Shown here one piece after another: positions 25,739-40,394 of a stretch of DNA of 64,000 bases. The position numbers were made by a program, and so were the translations under genes. Source of the DNA: the human T2T-CHM13v2.0 reference genome, Homo sapiens. The DNA lies in the NCBI RefSeq assembly GCF_009914755.1, contig NC_060926.1. The stretch is one strand, 5' to 3'. Each line of letters begins with the position of its first letter. Position 1 is the stretch's first letter. The notes beneath the pieces are model-generated. The model worked only from the letters and a program-made list of their open reading frames with translations. It had not been told where the DNA came from and did no database searches.

Positions 25739-26222
25739 GTGGTAGACAGAATACTGCCCCACCAAAGACCTACATCCTAATCCTCAGAAGCTGGGATGTT
25801 CATTACGTGAAAAAGGGACTTTGCATGTGCAATTAAGTTAAAGGATCTTAGGATGGGGAAATTAGCCTGGATTATACAGGTGGGTCCAATGTAATCCCAA
25901 GGGTCCTTATAAGTGAGAGAAGGAGGCAGGAACATCAGAGTTGGAAGTTTGATGACAGAAGCGGATGTCAGCATGATGCAATTTCTGGCTTTGAAGAAGC
26001 CAAGCCAAGGAATGCAGTAGATCTCTAGAAGATGGAAAAGGCAAGGAAACAGATTTTCCCCTAGAGCATCCAGAAGGGACACAGCCCTGCCAACACCTTG
26101 ATTTTAGCCCAAAGGGACCCGTTTCAGACCTCCGACTTCCAGAACTGTAAGATAATAAATGTGTGTTATTTTAAGCCATGAAATTTGTGCTAATTTATTA
26201 CAGTAGCATCAGGAAACTAATC
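25739..26222 (+). mobile_element. MLT1D-like MaLR solo LTR
   Basis: tgtggtagacagaatactgcccc...aaaagggactttgca...ccagaactgtaagataataaatgtgtgtt...ggaaactaat. Confidence 0.87.
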
Positions 26223-26379
26223 TATTGATGTTCCCCTTTCTTCCTACTCCACATTCCACCTCCCTGTACACACACAGTGTAACCTTCCCTGGTTGAAGCA
26301 TTAATTCTTCCAGAAAGTTGTCTTTTCTGACTCCTGCTCCGCCCCACCCCCAAAAGAGGTGAGATGCCTCTCTCCGTTC

Positions 26380-26545
26380 TGACCTCCATCATAGCATTTA
26401 TCACAGTGTATCATCATTGCCTATGGTTTGTCTATTTCCTCCACCAGACAGTGAACTTCTGTAGGGCAAGAACTACATCTCTGTAGTTTGTATCCCCCGC
26501 TCTCAGCACACTGTCTAGTGTAGCATAGACCCTCAAAAATATTTT
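26380..26545 (+). mobile_element. L2 3' end
   Basis: ccaccagacagtgaacttctgtagggcaag...tgtatcccc...cagcacactgtctagtgtagcatagaccctcaaaaatatt. Confidence 0.7.
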
Positions 26546-26549
26546 TTAC

Positions 26550-26866
<317 letters not shown>

Positions 26867-27775
26867 TCAATAATTGCCGTTTGAAAAAGTTATGAGCACT
26901 TCATCTTCTACTGAAAATAATACCCATCTTCACATTTGATATTGTGAACAAGTATTGAATGAATAAACAAATGAAAATGTGCTGTCAAATCAAAATGCAT
27001 TCAAGCATGAAGCACATCAGGAACAGCAATGGCCAGCGCACTGGCCTTTTTAGGCTCTTTGTTTCCCCAAGACCAGAGCACAGCTTCCTTCTCAGTAGTC
27101 CTCGCTAAGGCATCTCAACAGCTCTTCCTGGACTTAATACAGATTTGCCTAATGTTAACTTGCCCAAATAATTTTGTTTTAGGTTATTTTATACACAGCA
27201 ATAATGCCTAAAAAGGTTATGTATCATTTAAGGAACTTTCAATTTTGACATTAATAAAAGAAAAAAGTTACCAAAGCAATGCAGCTATTTTTCTGAAGGA
27301 AGGAGGGAAAATGCCTCAATAAGGGATATAAAATTCTGAAGGGAACGGAAGCAAGATTTTACAAGACTGTTTGAGATAATGTCAAGTACAAGAACAAAAG
27401 AACATAAACTAAGGCTCAGAAAGGGTCAGACCCTCAAGGAATTTAGGCAGAATTTCTTTAGAGATAGAGAAGTAACTTTATAGACTAAAAATAAGAGTTA
27501 GAGGAGAGGCTGTTATAAATATATTTGAAGCTGTTAGACCAAAATTGTTCCCTGAGCTGCATTCAAATCATAGATCATGGTTTCTAATTCTTCAGAACAG
27601 AACAACTTGAGTTGAGTATTGGGCTCTCTTTTGGTGATGTCCTTTTTAATCTTCTTTTTAACTTCTTTCAAATTAGCTGTTTAATTTAGCCACTTGGTGG
27701 GGCCTTAGGGTTCTCAGCAGTGCCATACAGAGTGTTGGCCTCACATATGAGACAACAGAAACTTGGAGATTAAAT

Positions 27776-28125
<350 letters not shown>

Positions 28126-28869
28126 TCAGAGCTGTTATACCACAAAGGTACTGCTTATTGAATTGGACCTGGGCTGTAATTCTTCCTTCCCATCTGAGAA
28201 ACAAGGCTGCTGTGATAAACTTCTCATCAACTCCAGAGACCATTGTTGTTATCATTTGCCTACTACATGCATAAATCTTTTATTACAAAAGATAATTATT
28301 ATCTGTGCCACTTACTTGATAGTCTTGTTAAATGAGTAGCTTGCTCAATAAGTATGATGTATTCAATGGGGAAAGAAATCACTCCTGAAAGGAAGAGGGG
28401 CTTGAGCTGGCAGTTGTGGGATGGGTGGAAGTTGAATATATGCAGAGAAGGAAAGAGAGTGGGAGAGGGTCAGAAGAGGATAGGGGAGTGGGGGACAGCA
28501 CGTGTCTTCAGCAGAGGGTCTGTGTGAGGTAGATGTTAGCCACCTCCTTGGGATAGGGCATGTTCGAATTGGAAGCAGGCCTAGGGTATAGTCAACATTA
28601 GCCCAGACTAGGTCAAAATGACAAGTCCTTTGAAGGGGCAGCTAGGGTCAAACAATCTCAACTTAGGGCAATGACTGACACAGAATGTTGTGGGCATCAG
28701 AGCAGTGTAGGTTGAGGTGGCTGAAATCAGGACAAGTATAGAAGTAGCTTATTTTTTGTTTTTCTACTCTGCAAAATGAAGAGTCTGGCACTTGTCTTTT
28801 AAAATGCACATTAACAATAAAATTGAAATAACATATTCTATCAGATTGGCAGAAATTATTTTTAGAATA

Positions 28870-29189
28870 TTATCTTGGTCCATTAGGGCTGCAATTACAA
28901 AATACCATAAACTGGACAATAGAAATTTATTTCTCACAGTGCTGAAAGCTAGAAAGTCCAAGATCAAGACACTGAATCGGTGTCTGGGGAGGGCCCGTTT
29001 CTTGGTTCATAGATGGCGCCATCTTCCTGCACCCACACTTGGTGGAAAGAGAAAGTTCGCCCTCTGGGTCTCTTTACAAGGGCACTAATCCCAATCATGA
29101 GATCATGATTTCATCTCCTCCTGGAGGCTTGGGTGTTAGGATTTCAACATATGAATTTTGACGGGGACACAAATGCTCAGACTATAGCA
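28870..29189 (-). mobile_element. MLT1A-like MaLR LTR
   Basis: tcttggtccattagggctgcaattacaaaataccataaactgg...aatttatttctcacagt...ggggacacaaatgctcagactatagca. Confidence 0.8.
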
Positions 29190-29454
29190 AATATTTAATG
29201 CAAGGAAGGGTACTGAAAGACAGGCATTCTTATATTCACTGGTGGGGGTGCATGCCGGAACAAACTTTCTGCAAACAGTCAAAATTAATTCATTTACTTA
29301 ATTATTTGTTGAGCATTTACTATTTAGGAAGCACAGGTCTTTGGAAACATCTTGCCTTTCGGTCACCCTCCTTCTCCCCAGTGTTCTCCTGTTGCCCTCT
29401 GGCTTCCCAGAGCATCCCATCACTGATGCTACAATCTGAATATTGCAGAGCCCT

Positions 29455-29666
29455 CCTGATTGAGATTAGTGCCCTTATGAAAGAGACCACGAAGAGGTAG
29501 CTAGCCCCTCCCACCAGTAAGGAAAGAGCCTCACAAGACACTATATCTGCTGGTGCCTTGATCTTGGACTTCACAGCCTGCAGAACTATGAGAAACAAAT
29601 GTTTGTTGTTTATAGGCCATCCAGTTTATGACAGTTTGTTACAGCAGCCTAACCAGACTAAAACAC
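29455..29666 (+). mobile_element. MLT1A/B-like LTR 3' half
   Basis: gattagtgcccttatgaaagag...ccttgatcttggacttcacagcctgcagaactatgagaaacaaat...cagcagcctaaccagactaaaaca. Confidence 0.8.
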
Positions 29667-30479
29667 CTAACCAGACCCATCTTCTTTAAACAATGATCCA
29701 AGATTCAGACCTATCCCTCCACCTTGTTTCTCTTTTAAAACATATCTGCTTGGTATCCCATCCCACTAGGGCCCTGTACCAGCTAGCTCACCCCAGTAAA
29801 GTACAGTGAGTGACATCAAACATAAATTTAATTTGAAAAAATTCGACTTAAATTGTACCCTCCAGAATAAAAATAATTTTTTTTTGTATAACCTGAACCC
29901 TGAATGCGAGTCAAATGCTTCATCTGGTGCTCACCCAAAAACAGCAATCTATTCCAACACTGAGGAAAAGCTGTGTTAGACATTACATACACACAAAACC
30001 ATGTGTAGTCGAATTTCCTGGCAATTTGATGGTAATTTTGACTACATTGAATAGTCTCCCAACTCACTAATAGAATCTGACCCTGTCTCTAAGATGCTTC
30101 TCTAACTCAGGCTGAAGAGCTAATGGTTAATAATAATGTGTTTCTTAAAGAGATATTTGTGTTGTAAAGGAGCACATTTGAAGGAGTGATGCTTTTTCCA
30201 GGAGGAATAAGCCTGTTGGAGATGCAATATTTATTTGGGTGCAGGGGGAAGGGAGGGAGCTGCCTCCTGCTTGTACAGCAGGCCTTGAATTCTGTCTTTT
30301 TCAGATTGGTTAGAAGAGCCAGGCTGGTCCAAAAAAGTGGTTCACAGTGTCTTGGATGCCCTTTCATGTACTGCACATGCTTCTGGAATAAATACTGACA
30401 TCCATGTATGGCTGGGGGAGTAAAATCAACATTCACTAAGCAGGTAACAGGAACATAGTTGTATAAGTTACTCCATCAT

Positions 30480-30975
30480 ATACCTCACTGAATCCTCACA
30501 ATTACTACGTGAGGTAGCTATTGTAGCTATTTTTATAGATGAGGAAACTGATGCTCACAGTACTGAGTTGTACATTAGTAAAGCAAAGATTTAAACTCCA
30601 GTCTGACTGACCACTGAGGCCAACTACAATGTAACCTTGCTCCTACTAACTTGCCTAAGGACAGCTGATAACCACTTTGAGCCTTTTGATTTAGACTGGA
30701 ATGTTCCCAAGTTCCTTTGTCATGCTTTTAGTACAGATTAACTAATAACTCCTTACATCTTTGTATCATTTAGCAATTTGTAAAGCACTTTTAGCTATAT
30801 TACCCCTTTCTGTCAAAACTTCATAAAGCTACAGGGCAAATATTATCACCCTCAGTTTTATAAATAAAGCAGTTGATATAACCCCAGGAAGCCTAGCAAA
30901 AAAGAAAAAGAAAAAAGAAAGAAATTGAGGACCAGAGAGTTGAGAACTGACTAAGGTCACATGGTTAGGAAAAGG
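30480..30975 (-). mobile_element. Two MIR fragments
   Basis: aatcctcacaattactacgtgaggtag...ttttatagatgaggaaactgatgctcacag and gaaattgaggaccagagag...ctaaggtcacatggttag. Confidence 0.65.
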
Positions 30976-31108
30976 TGGGCAATTTTGTGGCTAGGAATGA
31001 TGGGACATTAACTCTGGCACACTCTGCAATGCCACATGGACCAAGCTTAGAATTTCATTACATCAACCGGCCACACCTGTAGAAGAGCCATCAGAAATGG
31101 ATCTACCT

Positions 31109-31411
<303 letters not shown>

Positions 31412-33007
31412 AGAAATGGGTCTACCTGTGCACCAAATGCAGAGGTAGCAAACAGGAGGCCAAGATCGGCTTTGAGGAGTCTGTGTCTTTTTCCTTAGGA
31501 AACTATTTCTGGCTCATGCTGAACAGATTAGAACATTCCAAACTCATACCAGGACCTGAGTCAGAATCCAAAATATTTCTTTTCAATTTCCATAATGTTT
31601 TTCTCCTTTCTAAAATTGTTCACTTAATTAAAGATCCGCCTGTTCCTATCCCTTTCTCAGTTACCTTCCAAAGTACAAAAATTACATCAGACAAAAATTT
31701 ATGTGCTTGTTCTCCAAACTGCAACGTGCTTGCATCACATCCCTTCCCAATTTTAGATTTCTCCAGTATATCTGTATCTGTAAAAGCTTTATTCATGGTT
31801 AAGGAGAAATTAGATGGTATTTGGCTAGAGATGCAAGAATATACAAATTCCATCCTCTCCACAGAGGCCCCTAGACAGCAAACACCCAAGGAGTAATAGT
31901 AGGAATGAAACAAAATATCACCTTCTTGTTAGCCAGATGGGAATATCTTAGATGAATCCTATTTCCCCTACACTACTGTGGACCATAGGGAAATCCCACT
32001 GGCCATTATCCTATATTTATGTTCCAGGAGTAATAGTGACAACCTTGGATTCCATCCCTGGAAATTTTCCCTCTTGTCAATCTGCCAACACATACCAAAT
32101 CGTATCTTCAGAGGCCACGAAAACTGAAATTCAACATAAAATGGGAATGAGATGCGGTTACCACAGAGCTACCATTATGCTCTGTCCTTCTAGGCCACTC
32201 CGTCCTGTCAGCAGCTTCAGACAACTGACAACTACAAAGCTGTCAACAAAGTCAGCAAAGAGCAGGGCAAACTCTTACCACGCGATGAGAATGAGCAGGC
32301 ATAAAAGTGGATTTCCCTGAATGAAATGGGAGGTCTGAGGGGTTAAATGTGAAGTCAGGTGTGCAAGTGAGACCCACAAACCCCCCAGCACCTCAGGCCT
32401 GGATGTGCCAGTCCAGGATTTAAACAGATGGAAAGTGTCTCTTCTGTCCTTGAGAGGACAGATAAACATAATAAAAAGGAATGTGATGCCTGTTTCTTAA
32501 ATTTCTCTTTTCAGTCGCTTCTCAGCCATCTAGTTTCTAAATGTTATAGGAACTTAATGCTACAATAATTCAATATGCAGGAAGATGTAGCCAGCCCTGA
32601 ATACCCAAGATCTAAAAATTGAACCACGTACCACTGAGGTTTTAGTTATTGGTTTGAATGTTCTTTTGTGACAACTCTTCTACAGAATTTGAAAATTTTC
32701 CCACCCCTACCTTGATAATTCCATGTATTTAAAACTGAAATTCATCCAAATTTCCATTTCCAGAGAAACACATTACACCAAGATTGATTATTATGTTAAA
32801 ACCTGGATGCACATAAACTAGAGCCTGAGATATTTAGATTATCCTTTTAAAAAATAGTGCAACAATATTTTCCCTGTTTCTCCTATGTCTCATGGAATCA
32901 CAATGCTAGAAGGCACACTCAGGAAGTTAGGCATATTTCTTAGGTTAGTTTTCATAGGATTCATTTTAAGTGACTCTTAATAGAATCTTAGACTTCCAGA
33001 AGGCACC

Positions 33008-33290
33008 TTCAGGTCACAAACTGGTTGCCCAAGGTATGTTTTGTTTGGCCAGCACAAGGCTTTACATTTTTTTAATGTGTTGCCAACATTCAAATATCAG
33101 GAAATTTCTCAGAAGAAAAGTAGAATCCCTGGCTTCTCTGTTAAAACCAGAAGCTCTGGCCATGCTGTGCACTATTTCCACATGGCCAGCATCAGCCAGA
33201 GTGGGAGGAGAGCTGTTCCCTGCAGACAGGCAGAGGACCCTGGGCCCACTGTCCCCATCACCTGGCCTCATGCCCCCAAGTTCTTGGAGT
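33008..33290. mobile_element. MER102-like hAT-Charlie element
   Basis: caggtcacaaactgg...tgttttgtttggccagcac...ttgccaacattcaaatatcaggaaatttc...ctggcttctct...agaagctctggc. Confidence 0.6.
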
Positions 33291-33867
33291 GATGGCTCAA
33301 AGCAATGGCTCTGAACTGACAGTTTTATCAGAGTTGCCTAGAGGGAACTTTCCACCCCATTTATGTCCCAAATGCCCATGGAGAACCACTGCCTTACATG
33401 TCATCCAGCCCACCAGGTGAAATACGAAAGAAAAAACAAAAACAGCATTACCTTTTCCTGAAGACGTTAATCTTCCACTCCTATCACTAAGGCAATAACA
33501 GATTCTACTACAGAAGTGTGTCTGACACTCAAAATCTTTCATCAGTTTGCCTAATTTATTCATCAACCAATCAATACAGAGAAGAAGAAAAAAAATCTTT
33601 CAAGAAACTCTGATAAAACTGATACCCTGATAAAACTGACAAATTATCTTAGTCAAAATGGTCAAAGCAATAGCTTTCATCTGTGATAAAGCTTGACTTT
33701 GGTGTTTTAATCCCTACTTTCCTTGGTGGAAAAACCTTTAAGAAAAAAACAGTTCTACCCAAAGGAATTAGTTCTATAAGTCCATCTTTATGAGAGCTAA
33801 GATCTTAATGTCTCAAAACAGCTACCTTTGCAACAAATTCAAAAACAGTTCAAGTCCCCAAGCCTAA

Positions 33868-34390
33868 ACTAGTGTTGCTCCAAGTGTGAACTACAGACCA
33901 ACATCAGCATCACCTGGGAGCTTGTTAGAGGTGCAAAGTCTCAGGTGCCATCCCTTGCCTAAATCAAAAGCTCGGGGGCCAGAGGACAGCAATTTGTGTT
34001 TCTGGAAGCCCTCCAGATGATTCTGCTATGTGCTAACATTTGAGAATCATGGGTAGGGTTTCAGAACCTTCTGGGGAGACAAAAAAAAAAAAAAAACAAA
34101 CAGATTTCTGGGTCCTACTCTCAAGTGCATTTCTAACAAATTACAAGGTAGTACTGTTCCTGCTGGCCAAGGAACCACATTTTGAGTGACACTGCTCCCT
34201 CTACGCTAGTGGTTCTCAGCCCTGACTGCCCACTAGAATCACCTAAAAAGAAGAAAGAGGGAGAAAGAGAGACTATTGACCAGGCCCCACCCCAAACCAG
34301 CTGATTCAGGAATCTTGAAGGATAGGACCAAAACCCTGGTGTTTTTTAAATGTGCCACCCTAACATATAGTCAAATAGAGAACCACTGCT
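33868..34390. mobile_element. Cluster of three MER5A/MER5B hAT MITEs
   Basis: catcagcatcacctgggagcttgttagag; ggaaccacattttgagtgacactg; ctagtggttctcagccctgactgcccactagaatcacct...gagaaccactgct. Confidence 0.75.
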
Positions 34391-35974
34391 CTCAGCATAA
34401 CTAACTTCTACCATTGACATTAGCTCTCCTAACTCACTGATATAATCATTTGACTTCTCTGGAAATGTTCTGAGACTATTTATGTCTTAAGAGACAGCTG
34501 TGGCCAATAATCTCAGCTGTTTTAGTAACCTTTTCCAAGAGCAGCCGCTCATCAGTTTGGTAAGACTTGTCCCTCACAGTCATTTTCCATCCCATTCTTG
34601 GATTCATACGTGAAGATAGTGTTATTTGGGGATAACTGCTAAGGAACGATGTCAGCAAATTGTTTCTGCCAATAGGTAAAACCCATAGCCATGAAAGTCA
34701 GACATCCTCCAAATAACACATTCCATGGCAAAAACTAAATGTTTTGGCTAAGGAAGAGACACAGATGTTCTAATATTCTCAGTACCAGTGCAATTTCCTT
34801 CCAAGCAACTTCAACAACTCCAAAAGAGATTTGTTTAACCCATTAACTTAAGTCAGCAAAGGTATCAATATGGCGGCAGGGGAAGGGGACAGGACACACA
34901 ACCTTACACCCCCTTAAAACACCATTTAAGGGAGGAGCAGCTTGAGGAGATGGCCTCTTACTATACAAAACCACTACAAGGACTTTAAAGAAGTTTTGAT
35001 GAGAAGAAATGTGGATAGATGCCAATGTTTGCCCAAAACATTTCTTAAAAGATTTCTAAAGAAATATTCCATAGCTATCAATGGATCCAAATACCTTAAA
35101 ACTTGAGTTTCTCCCTGAAGCAGCTTATACTAGTGACAGTTCATCAAATAAGGGGAAGAAGTAAGATGAAAACAAAATGCATATTCATGTGTAATAACAG
35201 AGTAAAAAGACACTATAGGAGAAAATATTGATAAACAAATATTTTCCTAGAGAAAGTGATGTGTATATTTTAGCTTCATAAAAATACACTTGAAAGAGGA
35301 AAACAAACTTTTTTTTCCATTTTGGCTTTATTAGAACAACAAGAGACTTTGTGTCTCCCATCAAAGCACACCCAGGCCCTTTTGTCATGTCTGAGAAACA
35401 ATTGATTCCTCTATTAAATTGTGCTATATGGAAAAATCTTGACAAGAGCAATATCATTTATTAGACTAACAAATATGTTAGTTGAACCAGCTTTGGAGAC
35501 TTCTAAAATCCATTATACAACTGCAGCTCTTTTTCAGAGACCAGGATGTATTACAGAGACCAATTCTCAGGACACAGTATGACTAATTTACTTGCACATT
35601 TCAAGAGACCATTATTTCTTAGGAAGAGTAGAAAAATTATAACCTTCAACTTTGGGGGAAATCACCAACAGCTGATGTGTCTATACTGAATATCGCAACA
35701 AGCTGGATCTAAATTCCCTAATATTTCCATTTTCAGCATTTTCTGACACTAAAATTTTTATAAGGGGAAACAAAGCGAGAGGAATGACTACAAAGAACAA
35801 AACTGACCAGACAATTTTAGCTAACTTTTTGCATAAGGTTATCAAAGCCCCACCCTGGTCCTGCCCCTTTGTTCACACCTCATTTTTCCATGCACCCTAA
35901 TCTACTCCTCACCCTGTTTTTGTTCCTTTTTTTCTTTGGACAGTGAGACCTTGCGTCCCCCCCTACCCCATCTT

Positions 35975-36270
35975 TTTAAAATAGACATAGGATCTCCCTC
36001 TCTCTCTCCGGCTGGTGTGCAGTAGTGAAATTATAGCTCACTGAGCTTCAACCTCCCAGGCCCAAGCAATCCTTCTGCCTCAGCCTCCCTAGTAGCCGGG
36101 ATAACAGGTGCTTGCCACCAAGCCCAGCTAATTTTTTATTTCATTTTTTTGTAGAGACGGGATCTTGCTTTTTGCCCAGGCTGGTCTCAAACTCCTGGGC
36201 TCAAGCGATTGTCCCTCCTCAGCCTCCCAAAGTGCTGGGGTTACAGATGTAAGCCACCATGCCCAGCCAG
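35975..36270 (-). mobile_element. AluJ-like
   Basis: Diverged dimer with the J diagnostic caaactcctgggctcaagcgat. Confidence 0.85.
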
Positions 36271-36647
36271 CCATTTTAAGTCCTCAAATAAGACATCCTA
36301 CTAACAGCCAAATGCATTATCCTCTGTGGCCAGCAAGATATGCCAAACTCAGAGAATCAGAGCTCTGCAAGCTGCTGCAGAGTTCACTTTGTCCAACCAC
36401 TCCCCTTTGCAGGAGAGGGAACTGAGGCCCACAGAGGGAAAGAGACCCACCATAAGGCACAGTAAATCTGTGGCAGAGCCAGGCTGCCAATGTCGTTTGC
36501 TTCCCTCCTCTGCACAAAAGCTCTCTTCATCTGTCGCAAATATGGTGAGAAATTCAGGCTCCATCTTAACTTGCAGCACTCTGAGGCCCTTGTGGCAATC
36601 TGAAATATCACCTGGAGGCCTTCCCCCTACTATTACAAAGTTAAACT

Positions 36648-36958
36648 GGCCCAGTAGGTTGGCTCACACCTGTAATCCTAACACTTTGGGAGGCCCAGGC
36701 AGGAGGATCGCTTCAGCCCAGAAGTTCAATACCAGCCTGGGCAACATAGTGAGACCTCATCTCCACAAAAAATACAAACAAATTAGCCAGGCATGGTGGC
36801 ACACACCTGTAGTCCTAGCTACTCAGGAGGCTGGGACAGGAGGATCACTTGAGCCAGGAGTTTGAGACTGCAGTGAGCTGTGATCACATCACTGTACTCC
36901 AGCCTAAGTGACAGAGCCAGAACCTGAGACCCTATCACTAAAACACAAAAAAATTCAA
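36648..36958 (+). mobile_element. AluJ-like
   Basis: ggaggatcgcttcagcccagaagttc...ggaggatcacttgagccaggag; TSD aaagttaaact at 36637-36647 and 36959-36969. Confidence 0.9.
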
Positions 36959-37499
36959 AAAGTTAAACTAATCACTCCTTAATGATCAATGAATGATGAA
37001 GGGTCAGCGCCTACATCTTGTATAGACAATCAAACTCACATCCTTCCAAATGTGCACCCAACTCCACCAAGCTGTATGCTGAGATAAGCAGGGTCATTGA
37101 AAGGGCCAGCTTCAGGGGAGAAGGGAGAGCCTCTGAGCTGCCAGGGACTCCCAAGTACAAGGCAGCTGGCTCAGCCATTCACTAGACCTTTCAGCCTCTG
37201 GAAGGAAGGTGCTCAGGATGACAGGAGCCTTTGGTCATAAACCTCCAGCAAGCCCAGAAGGAGGAGGAAAACTCCATTGCCTTTGTCTACATCCAGGTAA
37301 GAGGCTCAGCACCAAGCAGACCAGATAGTTGTGGCAACATCATCCTTGGTCAGCCTCTGCTTTGGAGGATATAGGGCAGCAACTGCAGGGAAGTGAGAAC
37401 AGAGGGCACAGGACGTAGGGAGGGAACATAGGCGAGAAAAAGGGAGGAGGAATGAGGGAGAAGCCTGCATTCTGAAAAAGAATTATAGGACAGCCTTCT

Positions 37500-37897
37500 A
37501 ATGCTCATCCAGATCCTGTTCTCTTTGCCTTCTGGGACCTTCTGGTCCCATGAAGCGATTATCCTTCCCAGTCCTTGGGTGGTTCCATGTGACTGGTCCA
37601 GGCTAGAGTGGGGGGTGGGGGTGACACAGGGTGGAGGATTTAATACCAGCATGAGTCCCTCCAGGGATCCATCCCCAGCCTGGGGAGAGTGGAAGCACTT
37701 GTTGCTACAGGGAGTCGTAAGATTGGAGAAGCCAGGGACGAGGAGCTAATAGGTGGAAGACATTTATTTGGCTTGGACTGACACCCAGATCTCCAGGCAA
37801 TTTTGCTTAAATGAGAAATAAACTTTGCCATGTTGAGCCACTGAAATTTAGAGGTTTTTTATTACTGCAGTATAACCTAGCCTTTTCTGGTTGACAG
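37500..37897 (+). mobile_element. Old MLT1 (MaLR) LTR fragment
   Basis: gagaaataaactttgccatgttgagccactgaaatttagagg...ttattactgcagtataacctagcc is an MLT1-type 3' end; 5' boundary uncertain. Confidence 0.6.
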
Positions 37898-38194
37898 AAG
37901 AATAGATAAAGAGTAGAGAATAGAGAGTTGATAGAGAACAAGAAAGAAGAGAAGAATGGGAGACAGGAGAGAGTGGGGGAAAAAGGAAAGAGGGAATATG
38001 AGAGCTGAATGCGATCACCCTCATGTAAATTGCCTTATCCTTGTACAACTAGCCCTGGGAGCACAGGAAAGACATAAGGAAATGTGCTCAGCAATAACTC
38101 CCACGAGAGAAGTCAGTGCTCACGGGTAACAAGTTAGCCACTGTGATGCATTTGTACTCATCTCCCTGCTGAGTCATGCTTCATGTAATGCACA

Positions 38195-38315
38195 TATGTT
38201 TGTTTATTAAATATTTATTGAGCACCTACTAAATGCCAGGCATTGTAGTGAGCACTAGGGATACAGAAAAGACTAATGTAAGCATGGTTCCTGGCCTCAT
38301 GGAGCTTATAAACTA
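38195..38315 (-). mobile_element. L2 3' end
   Basis: aaatatttattgagcacctactaaatgccaggcattgt...ctagggatac. Confidence 0.75.
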
Positions 38316-38491
38316 TTATTTCTTTTCCTTTAAATTCTGCAAGTAACTCTTTCCAATATTGCACCTGGCACAAAGACAAGAATGATTGCAAACTTCAGCC
38401 ACCAGCCAGTGATAAGTCTGAGGAAAAACCTCCAGGGACTCCACTAGCTGATTCTGCCAGGAACTGGCTGTGGGGACTTAGTGAGAAACCC

Positions 38492-38601
38492 ATGAGTTCT
38501 GGGGGTCAGTTTTCTCATCTCTGATATAATGAAGTTAGGCCTAATGACCTCTATGCTACTTCCAACTCTAATCATAATAATTATAATAACAGCACCAATC
38601 A
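38492..38601 (+). repeat. Copy 1 of a 110-bp local dispersed duplication
   Basis: 104/110 identical, without gaps, to 41028-41137 by manual alignment. Confidence 0.95.
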
Positions 38602-38850
38602 TAGAAGCCAACATTTATTAACCATTTACTACATGCTAGGCACAGAGCTTGGACTATTGCATTTAATCCTCACATCAACTCTATAAAGTAAGTGTTATCA
38701 TTCTCATTTTGCAGATGAGTGAACTGAGGCTCAAAGATGTGAACAGGCTTGCCCAAGGCCACAGAGCTAGTAAGTGCTATCACTTACTAGAGCCAAGATC
38801 TGGAGGGAATTCTGACCAAGTCCTGAGCCCATGCTCTTACCCACTCTGCC
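38602..38850 (-). mobile_element. MIR
   Basis: catttaatcctcacatcaactctataaagtaag...cattttgcagatgagtgaactgaggctc...gcccaaggccacagagctagtaagtg. Confidence 0.8.
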
Positions 38851-40394
38851 AATAGCTGTCACCATAAAATATGTCTATTACTGTGGTAAAAAAAAAAAAA
38901 AATTAAACATAGGAGACAAAGCAGATGTGATTTTTAACAAGCTCTTTGGGATGCTAGTACTCCACCCACTACAACCCCAGAAAAGAGTCCTAAAAGAGAT
39001 CCTGGAGGCCCTTTAAGGTGCCTACTAGAAACAAAGTTTAATCATCATTTTCCATCTCTTCTGAGAAATGGAAGACTTTTGTCTGGACTATATATATCAT
39101 TCCTGCTCTGTGTTAATCTAGTTGCCTCATTGGGTCCACAGAAAGGATAGTGCGAGTCTTCCCTTTGGACCTCACCCCATCTTTTTGAGCTCCTGTGACT
39201 GTAGGGACAACTTCCTGTCCCTCCTTTGTCCACATCAGGCCAGCTAGGTTACTGGCTGTCCCTGCACCATGTCAATTTGCAGCCTCCGGTTCCTGCAGTC
39301 TTGAGAGCCAGACCTATTTCACCTGAAACACCTCCACCCATCACTCTTTGTTTCAGCCAGTGTTGGTTACTTGTGTTCCTGGCTGTCCTTAGAACTAAAT
39401 AAGAAAGTAAACCAACAAACAGTTACAGACATTTTTCTCTAGGCTTGTAATGGAATGTCAGACTAACCAGGTATTCCATGAATCTTGGTAGCCTAACTTT
39501 TTAATTAAAAAGTTGTTTCAAAAGAGTTCTTGAATAGAAACTCTAAGTAACTGCCTGCCAACTCCAACTACCATGCCTAAGGAATCGGCAATGAGGAGAA
39601 TTGAATGCAGAAGAAACAAGATTTTGACTATCGTCTTAGAGGAAAAGAGACACCTTAAAACATACAGCCTAGAGGGTGGGCTGCATCATGATACAGTGCA
39701 GTTGAACAACTTCATTCTAATCGAGAGATCCCACTCTGCCAGAAGATACCATATTGAGCCTCATGCCCTTTCTGTTTGTCTTCACAGCATTAAAAAATGT
39801 TTTCATATATTGTCAATATTTTTTAAACAGAAGATCTCACATAGAATCCAGATTTCAGACCTGTCTTGAAGTCGAAGATATGGTGAAACTGAGCATATAT
39901 CCCCTGCGCCCCCACAGCTATGAAGGGCAGACGGGGAGTAGCAGCTGCCCCTCTCTGGATCAGGCCTGAGTTCTCTGGTTCTCTATAATCTCTACCACTC
40001 CCTAATGTCTCATACACTGGCCTGCTTGTCTATTTGTTACCTCCCTGGATCCTGCAGCCCCTTTAGTCAGCCTGTTTAATCCATTCTGCTTGGCAACTGA
40101 GGAGAAGAAGGAAATTATAGACAGGTTGTATGTGGGTGTCCATGTGTTAAAATCCTTCTGAAAACTCCTGATCTGGCTGCTCTCCTTTCCCTATGACCAA
40201 CTTTCCACCCAGCCTTGCCACATCGGACCTAGTAGACTCATCACCAAGATGTGATGAGCCTAGCATCCTACTCCCAAATGAAATTCCTGGTTATCCACAC
40301 AGGGCCCTCACTTTTGAGTCCCATATGCTGAAGACCAGGATTACAGTGGATGCCAGGTCAGTTTCATGTACTGTGCCCCTCTCCATTCCTTCCT

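Noticed and set aside
29011-29024. Perfect palindrome AGATGGCGCCATCT
   Set aside because: Lies within an MLT1 LTR and is short enough to be incidental.
33610-33639. ctgataaaactga direct repeat
   Set aside because: Short 13-bp local duplication with no further structure.
36326-36865. 179-aa ORF
   Set aside because: Runs through MIR-like and AluJ sequence; no domain.
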